Positions 27,551 through 36,824 of a DNA stretch of 64,000 nt are shown piece by piece. The stretch spans positions 4,902 to 68,901 of the forward strand of contig JAJRWI010000009.1 of the NCBI GenBank assembly GCA_024276825.1, given 5' to 3'. The stretch's first letter is position 1. Each line of letters starts with the position of its first letter. The DNA comes from an archaeon (GTDB taxonomy: Archaea > Asgardarchaeota > Thorarchaeia > Thorarchaeales > Thorarchaeaceae). The translations under genes and the position numbers were made by a program. A model generated the notes under the pieces. The model searched no databases, was not told where the DNA came from, and worked only from the letters and a program-made list of their open reading frames with translations.

Positions 27551-29556
27551 TTGATCAACCCCATTGCATCTTGGCTCTCGTGTTTGAGTTGCCAATGAGT
27601 AGTGCCTGCTCGAATCTTATTCTCTAGAATGATATGAGCACGAACAAAGTCAGATGGCTTGGGCGGGCAGCCAGGCAGATAGACATCAACAGGAACAATT
27701 GACTCTGGAGAAGTGACCAAGGAATAGCCATCCCAGAAAAGGCCCCCACTTGCAGCACATTGACCGAAAGAGATGACGAACTTTGGTTCGGGCATCTGTT
27801 CATAGATGCGCCTGAGTCGTGGAGCCATCTTCTTAGTGAGTGATCCTGAGATCCACAAAACATCACATTGACGTGGACCAAAGAGAGGCAGCATTCCGAA
27901 CCGCTCAATGTCCCATCGTGATGCAACTGCTGCAGCACCATCGACCATGCAGCAGCCAAGTCCATATTGTACAGGCCAAGGACTGTGAGCTCTGCCCCAA
28001 CGAAGTATCCATTTAACAGGAGGCAAGTTCTGAAGCCATTTTAAGAATATTGGCGCGATCCTACCAAAGCCGTTTCTGAATAGGTCGAATCCCAACCACA
28101 TGAAATACTTGCCAACCCGTAATATGAAAGGTAACCAGAAGGCAAAGATCTTGCCTGGATTTGATATCTCCTTTGGGTCATACTTTAGCTTTGCAGCGCG
28201 AATCTTTCCAAGGCGTCGCTTGCCAAAGTACTGCGGAGCATAGTTTGCGAACCAGATGCCTGTGGAATGTGGATGTCCACCATGACGCTGTGCAATCTTG
28301 AATATCACAAAGCTCTGAGACCAGCTTAGCATGAAAAAGTGTCTGCGTTCATCCTCGAGAAAATAGCCCATCATTGTCACGCCATTCTTAGAGGTCACAT
28401 AGCCATCGATCCCTGCTCTTGCAGATGCCTGCTCAAACTGAAAGTCATCAAGAATTGCCTCTAAGTTTTCTAGTGGGGCAAATGCTTGGCCGACCACTAA
28501 TGTTGGACCAGCCTTTTTGATCTTCATTGGATAGAAACGTTCATGCCACTCATGTTCAGCAACTTGATCATCATAAACAGTACCTTTGAGTTCTGCTGTG
28601 ACCCTCTTCACTACTTCGATACCTTCCTCGATCTCTTCTTCAGGGCCATCATATGCCACCAGCATTACACAGTGATGTACTGGAAATGGAAATCGCTCTT
28701 TCTTATCCCATATTCGTTTCTTTAAGTCAACATATTTGCTCTCTTCGAACTTGATTGTATGTGGAAGAGGCCCCTCCTCAATTATCTTCTCTATTGCGAA
28801 CACCATTAGATAGTTCTCTGGAAAGCTTGCGACAATGGCCTTTATCTTTGTAAGTGGCTTTACTTTGAGTTTGATCTTAGTGATAATGCCAAGAATGCCC
28901 TCAGTGTCGCAGAACAGTTCGCGATCCTTGCTCTTCACAATTCTACCTGTTGGAATGACCACTTCAAACTCAAGCACATTTTCGTTGATATTCCCGTACT
29001 TTAGGGAGCCGATGCCATCACCGCCTTGAGCAACCCAACCGCCAATAGTGGCAGCAAGTCCTGACGATGGGTAAGCACGCAGATCAAGTCCTTGCCTGTT
29101 CAACTCAAACTGAAGGTTTGCCCAGGAAATTCCTGGTTCTACAACAACAGTCAGGTTCTCTTTGTCAATCTCTATTATTGAGTCCATTCTACGCATGTCA
29201 ACAATTATTCCACCTTTGCGTGGGATGGCACCGCCATATCCCGAGGTGCCTGCCCCGCGGGGGACAATTGGAATCTCTTCTTGATTGGCGAATTCATAGA
29301 GAGCCTTAATCTCTTCGGGTGTAGTGGGCTGAACAATGGCATCAGGTTTGTTGTTCATCAACCAGCCTACTTGTTTTGGCAGAGAACCGACATCCATCGA
29401 GTCGATGATGAGCTCATGTTTTTCAAGAATAACACGATCACCAAAGAGTTCTTTGAGCCTATCGACATGATGTTTTTTCAGTTTCAATTGGCTTTCTCCT
29501 TTCAGTTCTGAGTGGTTGCCATCAATCTTAATGGAATAAAAAATGTTCCCATTCAC
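27547..29556 (-). CDS. Fusion protein: FAD-linked oxidase (GlcD / D-lactate dehydrogenase type) N-terminal approx. 470 aa plus complex I subunit B (NuoB, N2-cluster subunit) C-terminal approx. 165 aa
   Basis: N-terminal PCMH FAD-binding motif PDAIVQPTTPEEIKALYEFANQEEIPIVPRGAGTSGYGGAIP. The FAD-oxidase C-terminal domain ends KLKYDPKEISNPGK. The C-terminus is unmistakably NuoB: WGRAHSPWPVQYGLGCCMVDG, ERFG...GPRQCDVLWISGSLTKKMAPRLRRIYEQMPEPKFVISFGQCAASGG and VPVDVYLPGCPPKP. All four N2-cluster cysteines are present. Single continuous 669-codon ORF. Confidence 0.8.
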   Translation of the reverse strand: MNGNIFYSIKIDGNHSELKGESQLKLKKHHVDRLKELFGDRVILEKHELIIDSMDVGSLPKQVGWLMNNKPDAIVQPTTPEEIKALYEFANQEEIPIVPRGAGTSGYGGAIPRKGGIIVDMRRMDSIIEIDKENLTVVVEPGISWANLQFELNRQGLDLRAYPSSGLAATIGGWVAQGGDGIGSLKYGNINENVLEFEVVIPTGRIVKSKDRELFCDTEGILGIITKIKLKVKPLTKIKAIVASFPENYLMVFAIEKIIEEGPLPHTIKFEESKYVDLKKRIWDKKERFPFPVHHCVMLVAYDGPEEEIEEGIEVVKRVTAELKGTVYDDQVAEHEWHERFYPMKIKKAGPTLVVGQAFAPLENLEAILDDFQFEQASARAGIDGYVTSKNGVTMMGYFLEDERRHFFMLSWSQSFVIFKIAQRHGGHPHSTGIWFANYAPQYFGKRRLGKIRAAKLKYDPKEISNPGKIFAFWLPFILRVGKYFMWLGFDLFRNGFGRIAPIFLKWLQNLPPVKWILRWGRAHSPWPVQYGLGCCMVDGAAAVASRWDIERFGMLPLFGPRQCDVLWISGSLTKKMAPRLRRIYEQMPEPKFVISFGQCAASGGLFWDGYSLVTSPESIVPVDVYLPGCPPKPSDFVRAHIILENKIRAGTTHWQLKHESQDAMGLIK

Positions 29557-29848
29557 AATTCAAGAGTAAATAATGGAGAATTATTGAACATTTTTTCAGA
29601 TCTATTCGTTGATTTGCATACATGGTCCAATGAAATAAGCATACTTCAAGCATCTGATTTGTTTCCTGATAAGAAGTCTTGATTAAGATCGCACCTGCCA
29701 AGAAGGAACAAAATAGTTCAGTGATTACAAAATGGCAATCAATTATTAATTATCTTTGACAGTGATTTGAATATCCTTATTTGGGAAAAGTATTAGTGGG
29801 AGGAAAAACGCCAAAGAGCCTAACTGGAAATTCATTGAGGTATCGATT

Positions 29849-31075
29849 ATGCGATTCTCAACTCTGAACAAGTTTGGTCTTCAAGACATTCCATTCACTT
29901 GCGCTCAATGCAGCTTTTGTCAGGTAGGCAATGGCGCATGTCCTACCTACAAGGTCAAACGAAGAAACAGCTATTCAGGCAAGGGAAAGATGGTTCTCAC
30001 TAGATCCTTGATGCAGGGCCGATTAAGTAAGAATGATGGTCTTGAAGGTCTACGCGATGCAATATTTGGCTGCACGCTTTGCGGCGGTTGCGAGGAGATT
30101 TGCCAAGTGGACATTCCATTTGTTCAGATCTATCAACTCATGCGTGCAGAGTTTTTGAAGCGCGGCATGTGGCCAGAACAACTTGTGCCAATGCGTGAAA
30201 CCCTTGTTAAGGAGAGAAACATTCAAGGACAATGGAATGGCGACAGAGTTGAGGGTTGGTCATATTGGCATCCTGATGAGGATGAGTTATTAGAACATGT
30301 GGGCCGCAAAGCCAAGACTGCTTTCTATGTGGGCTGCACATCCTCGTTTAGGGGCATTCCAATTCAGGCCACCATAGCCACTACTCTTATTATGGAAAAG
30401 ACAGGTGAGGATTACACCCTGCTTGGTGAGGAAGAGTGGTGTTGTGGGGCCCCATTAATCATGACTGGAGATTTCGACACAGCAAGGCAATTTGCAGAGC
30501 ATAATATCGCAGCATATCAGGAGTTGGGTGTTGAGAAGATTGTGACCAACTGTCCAGGATGCTACAAGATGTGGGCACATGAATATCATGAGTTTCTTGA
30601 AATAGATGTTCCATTTGAGGTCCAATATGGTGCCCAGTATCTTGCTGAGCTCGTTGATGATAACAGGCTCACTGGACTCTCCAATCCACTAGATGTGTCA
30701 ATCACTTTTCATGACGGATGTGATGCTGGCAGGAATTGTGGAATTTATGAAGAGCCTCGTAAGGTGCTCGAATATCTCCCAGGCGTTGAATTTGAAGAGC
30801 TTCCTCATAATAAGAACCGTTGCTATTGTTGTGGCTCTGGGGGTGTGCTTCGTCCAGTCGATGCAGACTTTGCAATCCAGATTAACAGACTCAAGGTCAA
30901 GGACATTGAACAGACAAATGCGGATTTGGTGATTTCTGCGTGCCCGTCATGTGTTGATTTCATGTATGACCAGTTGCCGCAAGCAAGCTCAAATCGAATC
31001 AGCAAGGATCTTGCAGTCATAGTGGCTCAGGCACTTGGTCTCACATGGGATGGTCTAGAAGAAACTTATGGTTAG
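29849..31075 (+). CDS. GlcF/HdrD/LutA-like Fe-S oxidoreductase (2x[4Fe-4S] ferredoxin motifs plus two CCG cysteine-rich domains)
   Basis: Cluster motifs CAQCSFCQVGNGACP and CTLCGGCEEICQ. CCG domains at WCCGAP and CYCCGSGG. Divergently transcribed from the FAD-oxidase::NuoB gene. Confidence 0.75.
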   Translation: MRFSTLNKFGLQDIPFTCAQCSFCQVGNGACPTYKVKRRNSYSGKGKMVLTRSLMQGRLSKNDGLEGLRDAIFGCTLCGGCEEICQVDIPFVQIYQLMRAEFLKRGMWPEQLVPMRETLVKERNIQGQWNGDRVEGWSYWHPDEDELLEHVGRKAKTAFYVGCTSSFRGIPIQATIATTLIMEKTGEDYTLLGEEEWCCGAPLIMTGDFDTARQFAEHNIAAYQELGVEKIVTNCPGCYKMWAHEYHEFLEIDVPFEVQYGAQYLAELVDDNRLTGLSNPLDVSITFHDGCDAGRNCGIYEEPRKVLEYLPGVEFEELPHNKNRCYCCGSGGVLRPVDADFAIQINRLKVKDIEQTNADLVISACPSCVDFMYDQLPQASSNRISKDLAVIVAQALGLTWDGLEETYG

Positions 31076-32136
31076 ACTGGAACTCTTATTGATGCGATGT
31101 TTCGATATACAATGTATGTAATCACAATGACTATCAGAAGGTAGACTGCAAACAATTCAATGGATATTTCAAGACTAGTACAAATGTATGCACCAGACAT
31201 AATGAGTCCTGTGAATAGGTGAACCTGAATTGTTCCAACATAACTGGGAATCAATGCGACTGAATTTGAAAAGTTCTTCATCGTGTTACGGGTTGCAAGT
31301 ATTGCTATAGGCAGAGTTACCAATGCAGATAGCGCATAGAACGGAATTAGAAACAGAACAACCAAGGCAAGTAATGATACATATACACCCATCATCAATA
31401 CAGCGTATCCCTTTGCAGCTTTCTCGAGTCCAAGACGCACAACCAGAGTTTTCTTTCCAGCAGCTTTATCAGCATTATAATCTGGAAACTCGTTTATGTA
31501 AAGTATCGCAGTGATGAGAAGTGAAACTGGAATTGATGCTGAAATTGGCCACAGATCAATAGTCTGCGCTTGGACATAGTATGATCCCAAAGTCATCAAA
31601 ATGCCAAAGTTCAATCCAATGAATATCTCACCGATACCACGGGAAACCAATTTGAATGGGGGTGCAGTATAGAAAAAGCCAGAGAGGGCCCCGATAATTC
31701 CAAGATATAAAATGGTAATGCCTCTCATCAATGTAAGGTAAAGGCCGATAATTCCACCACATGCGAAAAATACCAGAGACCCCGCTAATACCTCACGTGG
31801 TGATAGCCAGCCACGTTGAATCATTCTGGCGCCACCGCTGAATGGACTGATGAATTCTACATTAATATCATCTGTCCCACTCTTGTGATCAAAGTAGTCA
31901 TTTGAAACATTGGCACCAAAATGGAGAAACATTCCTGCTGTTAATGTCAATAGAAAGTAGTCAATCAAAAATACTCCAGAAACTGCCCATGCAACTGTGG
32001 TTCCAAGAATAATTGGTACAATAGTAGCTGTGAGAAATGGAAGTCGAAGCTCCATTAACCAAATTCGACCTTTTCCAAGTCGGTCTTGACTTGTTGTCCT
32101 ATCGTTCATTATCATAAGGTGGCTTATCTTGACCAA
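31072..32136 (-). CDS. menA: UbiA-family prenyltransferase, MenA-like (1,4-dihydroxy-2-naphthoate polyprenyltransferase)
   Basis: FGANVSNDYFDHKSGTD fits the MenA pattern N-D-x-x-D-x-x-x-G-x-D. 8-9 TM. The likely true start is the Met of MELRLPF (approx. nt 32055). The gene has a C-terminal extension. Confidence 0.55.
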   Translation of the reverse strand: MVKISHLMIMNDRTTSQDRLGKGRIWLMELRLPFLTATIVPIILGTTVAWAVSGVFLIDYFLLTLTAGMFLHFGANVSNDYFDHKSGTDDINVEFISPFSGGARMIQRGWLSPREVLAGSLVFFACGGIIGLYLTLMRGITILYLGIIGALSGFFYTAPPFKLVSRGIGEIFIGLNFGILMTLGSYYVQAQTIDLWPISASIPVSLLITAILYINEFPDYNADKAAGKKTLVVRLGLEKAAKGYAVLMMGVYVSLLALVVLFLIPFYALSALVTLPIAILATRNTMKNFSNSVALIPSYVGTIQVHLFTGLIMSGAYICTSLEISIELFAVYLLIVIVITYIVYRNIASIRVPV

Positions 32137-32333
32137 TAAAAGGGTTTTGAATCATAATATTCAAATATTGAAATAATTCATATTTAAGATATGTTTCAAT
32201 GAGTCATATAGACAATGCCCACTCTGAGATATTGTGGCTGTTGCCCATCAACCATAGAATTATGAGATTCAAAACGTTTTAAGGTCAACATATCTTACAA
32301 AACATAACAAAATACATCGAGTTACATAACGAA

Positions 32334-33401
32334 GTGTTATCCATGAAGGAAGACATCTCTGAGCCAAGAACCGGACCTGAATCGCCAGTTGTATTTTATG
32401 AGAGAGATAGACCTGTTGGCTTGGAGACAGAAGCGGCAGATACGCTTCTTAGTTATGAGCCTTTTAGAAAAAGAATTGAAATGGTCAATAGCGGGATAGA
32501 GGACATATTAAGCAGCAAAGCTGGTCATTCAGAAATACTCTACGAAGCCGCTGCATATCTTTTAAGAGCTGGAGGAAAACGGCTCAGACCGTTGTTAACA
32601 ATTCTCTCATGTGAAGCCACAGGTGGAACTGCAGAAAGCGCTCTTCCGTATGCAATTGCTACGGAATTCATACAGACAGCAAGCCTAATTCATGATGATA
32701 TAATTGATGGTAGTGATAGAAGGAGGGGTGTACCTTCGGTCCACAAAAAATATGGATTGCGCGTGGCAATTCTTGCTGCGGACTTGTTAATTGCACTTTC
32801 AATTAAAATTGTCAGTGAGCGTGGTAAGCCTGAGGTCATAGTACATCTGGGAAAATGTGGTATCCAAATGGTCGAGGGTGAGGCCACCGATATGTTGATT
32901 GATCTTGGCCGTATTGATATCGACAGTCAAAATCAATATTTCAAGATGATTGAGAGCAAGACTGTGTCATTTATCAGGGAAGTGGCAAGGCTCGGAGGAA
33001 TTGTCAGTGATGCCAGTGAGGATCATATTGAACAGTTGGGAAAATATGGCGAGCTAATTGGATATGCCTTCCAGATTCGAGATGACATTATAGACTTCAT
33101 TGATTCGAGCACAGGGAAAGTCACTCATATTGATCTCTTAAAGAAGCGTTATAACTATCCAATTATCCTTGCTCTTGAAACACTGTCAATTGAAGAGCGT
33201 AAAGCAATCATTGATGAAATAACTGAGGGGAACCTAGAATCAGCCGTTAATCTAATAGACAAAACTGATGCGTTGAGTAAGGCCAATGAAGTTGCAAGCG
33301 ACTACATAGAACAAGCGAAAAAGCTGGTCGAGTTCTCCGATTTCAAACAGAAGCAGCTTTTGATGAAGCTGGCCGATTTCATCATAACTCGAAAACATTG
33401 A
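32334..33401 (+). CDS. trans-Polyprenyl diphosphate synthase, probably long-chain
   Basis: First Asp-rich motif LIHDDIIDGS and second Asp-rich motif FQIRDDIIDF. Small residues (A, S) at positions -5/-4 before the first motif suggest a long-chain product. About 50-aa N-terminal extension before the conserved core. Confidence 0.8.
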   Translation: MLSMKEDISEPRTGPESPVVFYERDRPVGLETEAADTLLSYEPFRKRIEMVNSGIEDILSSKAGHSEILYEAAAYLLRAGGKRLRPLLTILSCEATGGTAESALPYAIATEFIQTASLIHDDIIDGSDRRRGVPSVHKKYGLRVAILAADLLIALSIKIVSERGKPEVIVHLGKCGIQMVEGEATDMLIDLGRIDIDSQNQYFKMIESKTVSFIREVARLGGIVSDASEDHIEQLGKYGELIGYAFQIRDDIIDFIDSSTGKVTHIDLLKKRYNYPIILALETLSIEERKAIIDEITEGNLESAVNLIDKTDALSKANEVASDYIEQAKKLVEFSDFKQKQLLMKLADFIITRKH

Positions 33402-33413
33402 ATGACTTCATTG

Positions 33414-34643
33414 TTATAGGAAGTATCTCAAGATTGAAACAAATGTCTTTGACGCCAGGTCAACAGCAATTGGCAGCCTACATCGGATAATATGTTTTAG
33501 AAAGCGTGGCCCTGCAAGTCGCATGCAGATGTCTGTCAGTGATTCGGAAGGCATTACCCGATCCGCAATATGGAGGATTCTCAATGCAGAATCGAGCTCA
33601 TTCCCGAACTCCACTCTCCACTGTTTCTCATATTCACTCAGCGGTGTCCCTTCAGACAGATATGAGATAATAGTGTCCGCAGCAATGTCTCCCCCAGCAA
33701 GTGCTGTAGGAATACCTCCGCCATTGGACGCCATCACATGACCAGCAGCATCACCAACAAGCAGAGTTGATTTGGAATATGTCTTCTTGAGAGGTCCACC
33801 CATTGGTATCAAGGCACTGACTCTTGCCTTGATCTTTGCCTTCTTGCATCGTGGAGCGACCAGTGGATGCTTCTTTATCATTCTTTGTAAATATTTAATG
33901 AGGGGCGCATTATCCCTCTGAAATTGCCTTCTTATTCCAAGACCAACATTTGCAACATTATCGCTCTTTGGGATTATCCATGCATAGCCACCTGGTGAAA
34001 TGTCGGATCCAAAATACATCTCTGTTACATCATCATCAAATTCACATCCCTCTAGCACGAACTGAATTGCAGGTGATATATCATTAGGATCATGTGTGAA
34101 TATATGACCAAGATATTTTGCAACCACTGACGTGGCGCCATCAGCCGCAACAACAACATATGAAGTGATCTCCATTGTTTCGCCGTTATTCTTCAAGACC
34201 AGACGTGATTCATTATCCACCCTAATAACTCTAGAGCCTAGAAGAAGATCTGCTCCAAGATCAATTGCAGTCATTGCGAGCGATGAGTCAAAATCCGCGC
34301 GATTTAGAATATTGGCTCTTAATGAGAATTGAAACTCACTATTCTTGGGTGAAACCATCCTTAGAATATGGGTCTTGTTCTCTATAAATTGTGATGGCAC
34401 ATTGACAAGTCTTGAAGCTCTTTTACATGATGGCAGCATATCAAGCATTTCATGGGATGTTGGAAGAAATTCGCCACATTGTACAGGGTTGCCAAGTTTA
34501 GTCCGTCTATCAATCAATGCAACTCTAAGGCCCGCCTTAGCAAGTTTCTGAGCACATGTGCTTCCTGCAGGGCCTGCACCTACAATTGTTACATCATAAT
34601 GTTGGGCCATTTTGTTCATCTCAAGTTCCATATGCGAATCCAT
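33414..34643 (-). CDS. Geranylgeranyl reductase family FAD-dependent oxidoreductase
   Basis: YDVTIVGAGPAGSTCAQKLAKAGLRVALIDR dinucleotide-binding motif plus the family-typical ...CGE... motif. Adjacent to the prenyl synthase and MenA genes. Confidence 0.7.
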   Translation of the reverse strand: MDSHMELEMNKMAQHYDVTIVGAGPAGSTCAQKLAKAGLRVALIDRRTKLGNPVQCGEFLPTSHEMLDMLPSCKRASRLVNVPSQFIENKTHILRMVSPKNSEFQFSLRANILNRADFDSSLAMTAIDLGADLLLGSRVIRVDNESRLVLKNNGETMEITSYVVVAADGATSVVAKYLGHIFTHDPNDISPAIQFVLEGCEFDDDVTEMYFGSDISPGGYAWIIPKSDNVANVGLGIRRQFQRDNAPLIKYLQRMIKKHPLVAPRCKKAKIKARVSALIPMGGPLKKTYSKSTLLVGDAAGHVMASNGGGIPTALAGGDIAADTIISYLSEGTPLSEYEKQWRVEFGNELDSALRILHIADRVMPSESLTDICMRLAGPRFLKHIIRCRLPIAVDLASKTFVSILRYFL

Positions 34644-34741
34644 ATTCTGATTTGAAATTGATTCAACTCGGTGCTAAAGCCTTGATAGATTTGTTGATAA
34701 TTCCATTAAAGTAGTATACTTTAGTTCATCCCACAGTATAA

Positions 34742-36190
34742 ATGTCAGTATACAATAGAGTGCAATGCGGAGACCAACAAATGAGTTGGAAGATTGATTC
34801 ACTCAACCATCTTTTCAATCCATCAACTATTGCTGTTATTGGAGCGTCGCAGAGAAAAGCAAGTCTTGGAGGACTCACACTCAGGGCCCTACGAAACTAT
34901 AATGGAAGTCTGTATGCGGTCAATCCAAAATATCAGAATATTGGCACTCTGAAATGTTTTCCGAGTGTTAAAGACATCGGCGATCAGATTGACCTTGCAA
35001 TCATCGCACTGCAGGCACCACAGGTCCTTCCAGTCATGAGAGAATGTGCAGAGGCTAATGTGAGGAGTGCAATCATATTTACTGCGGGATTTAAGGAATT
35101 GGGCTCATTGGGCGAAATGGAACAAGAGCGAATCAAAGAAGTCGCAGATAACGCAGGAATTGTAGTTATTGGTCCAAACTGTCTTGGTGCAGGAAATCTC
35201 AAGACAGGGCTCAATGCAACCTTTTTCTCACACCCTGTGCGTATTAAGAGCGGTACAGTCAGCATGGCAAGCCAGAGTGGTGGCGTGACAGGCTTGATGT
35301 TGTACCGTGCCTACGATACAGGCCTTGGCGTTTCGAAGTTTGTGTCAGTTGGGAACAGAGTGAACATCGACTTTCATGATATCGTCAGATACTTTGGGAG
35401 TGATCAAGACACTGATGTCATCTGCCTGTTTGTTGAGGGAACCGAATTTGCCCGTGAGATGTACGAAGAGGTTTCTAGAATTACTAATGAGAAACCAGTC
35501 TTAATACACAAAGTTGGCAAGACACCAGCGGCAAAGGCAGCAGCCCTGAGTCATACAGGAAGTCTTGCAGGGGACAGCTCAATATACACAGGAGCATTCA
35601 GACAGGCAAGGGCGCTCGAGTTAGATAGTATATCCGAAATGATTGATATAGCCAAGGTGATGACTGTTTGCAAGAACCACCCGAGGGGAAATCAGGTTGT
35701 CATTATCACTCATACATTGGGCCTTGCATTGATTGCTGCACAATCATTAGAGATGAATGGATTATGTCTCAAGCCACCAAAGAAGCAGATTGCAAAAGAT
35801 ATTCAGTCATTCCTTGGAATGCCTGTAGATATCCCAATTTCGAATCCTGTTGACCTTCTCGCACAAGGCTGGTCTAACCCCGAGATCTTCGCCAATGCAT
35901 TTGACCTAGTAATCAAGAATGATCAATATGATGCTGCTATCATAGTATTCGCTCCCAATTTTCAGGAGGACATTGGTGGAGGGCTTCCAGCAAAGAGAAT
36001 AGCAGAGTCAGCAAGAATATCGAAAAAACCAATTATAGCTATACTCAGTTCTCCATATTGCAAGAAGCCTCCAGAAGCCGCATTTCTTGAGGATAATGGA
36101 ATTCCCGTGTTTACAGACCCCCAAAGGGCTGCTGTCGCTCTTGCAAGTGTGATTAAATATTACGCTGGCATTGCCAGTAATGTGCAGTGA
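34742..36190 (+). CDS. Acyl-CoA synthetase (NDP-forming) alpha subunit / CoA-binding plus ligase-CoA domains
   Basis: CoA-binding TIAVIGASQRKASLG, succinyl-CoA-synthetase-alpha-like body, and the phosphohistidine loop LSHTGSLAG. No beta/ATP-grasp domain in this ORF. Confidence 0.7.
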   Translation: MSVYNRVQCGDQQMSWKIDSLNHLFNPSTIAVIGASQRKASLGGLTLRALRNYNGSLYAVNPKYQNIGTLKCFPSVKDIGDQIDLAIIALQAPQVLPVMRECAEANVRSAIIFTAGFKELGSLGEMEQERIKEVADNAGIVVIGPNCLGAGNLKTGLNATFFSHPVRIKSGTVSMASQSGGVTGLMLYRAYDTGLGVSKFVSVGNRVNIDFHDIVRYFGSDQDTDVICLFVEGTEFAREMYEEVSRITNEKPVLIHKVGKTPAAKAAALSHTGSLAGDSSIYTGAFRQARALELDSISEMIDIAKVMTVCKNHPRGNQVVIITHTLGLALIAAQSLEMNGLCLKPPKKQIAKDIQSFLGMPVDIPISNPVDLLAQGWSNPEIFANAFDLVIKNDQYDAAIIVFAPNFQEDIGGGLPAKRIAESARISKKPIIAILSSPYCKKPPEAAFLEDNGIPVFTDPQRAAVALASVIKYYAGIASNVQ

Positions 36191-36211
36191 TATAACATGC
36201 CTTAGAGAACA

Positions 36212-36772
36212 TTAAAAGATGCCAAATAATATCAACATACCAACGATAATGAAGGCAGGGCCAGCCGTATTCTTGATTTTTCGAAATGACACATTCTCAG
36301 CCAGTCTTGCTCCAATAGACGCACCGATCATATTCACTAAGAGGAGCCCCAAGACCGCACCCAAAAATACAACCAATGGTAGTCCAGTCTGAGCTGAGAT
36401 CAGTACTGCGGCCAACTGAGTCTTATCACCCATCTCTGATAGAAACACGAGAGAAAACATGCCAATCATGGAACCTTGTGAGGGCACAGCTTCGCATTCA
36501 TTGGAGTTGGCCCATAGTGTATGCAGACCAATAATAATGAAAAGAACAGCAGATACTGTAGTTATGATTTCAGTGGGCAAAGAGAAGTTGAGTAATGCTC
36601 CTACTAGTACTGCAATTGCGGTTGAAGTGACCAGAGCAGTCATTGCGACAAGAAGCACTAGACGAGGTCGCCTGTACCGAGCGGCCAGACACACTGTTGC
36701 CAGCATTGTCTTGTCACCAAGTTCTGCAAGAAAAATTAGAACTAATGAAGTGACAAATATGTCAATTATCAT
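36212..36772 (-). CDS. UPF0016/GDT1-family cation (Ca2+/Mn2+):H+ transporter
   Basis: Two E-x-G-D-K-T signature motifs (ELGDKTMLAT and EMGDKTQLAA) in a 6-TM protein. Confidence 0.75.
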   Translation of the reverse strand: MIIDIFVTSLVLIFLAELGDKTMLATVCLAARYRRPRLVLLVAMTALVTSTAIAVLVGALLNFSLPTEIITTVSAVLFIIIGLHTLWANSNECEAVPSQGSMIGMFSLVFLSEMGDKTQLAAVLISAQTGLPLVVFLGAVLGLLLVNMIGASIGARLAENVSFRKIKNTAGPAFIIVGMLILFGIF

Positions 36773-36824
36773 TTCTTGCTAGGGCCAATGCGTCCTGTTT
36801 TAATAATTTGCATTTGTGCTTCAA

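Noticed and set aside
27551-27595. ORF-track N-terminal 15 codons of the small membrane protein (start at 27595)
   Set aside because: The extension overlaps the end of the fusion gene. The ATG at 27550 forms a classic ATGA stop/start overlap and is preferred.
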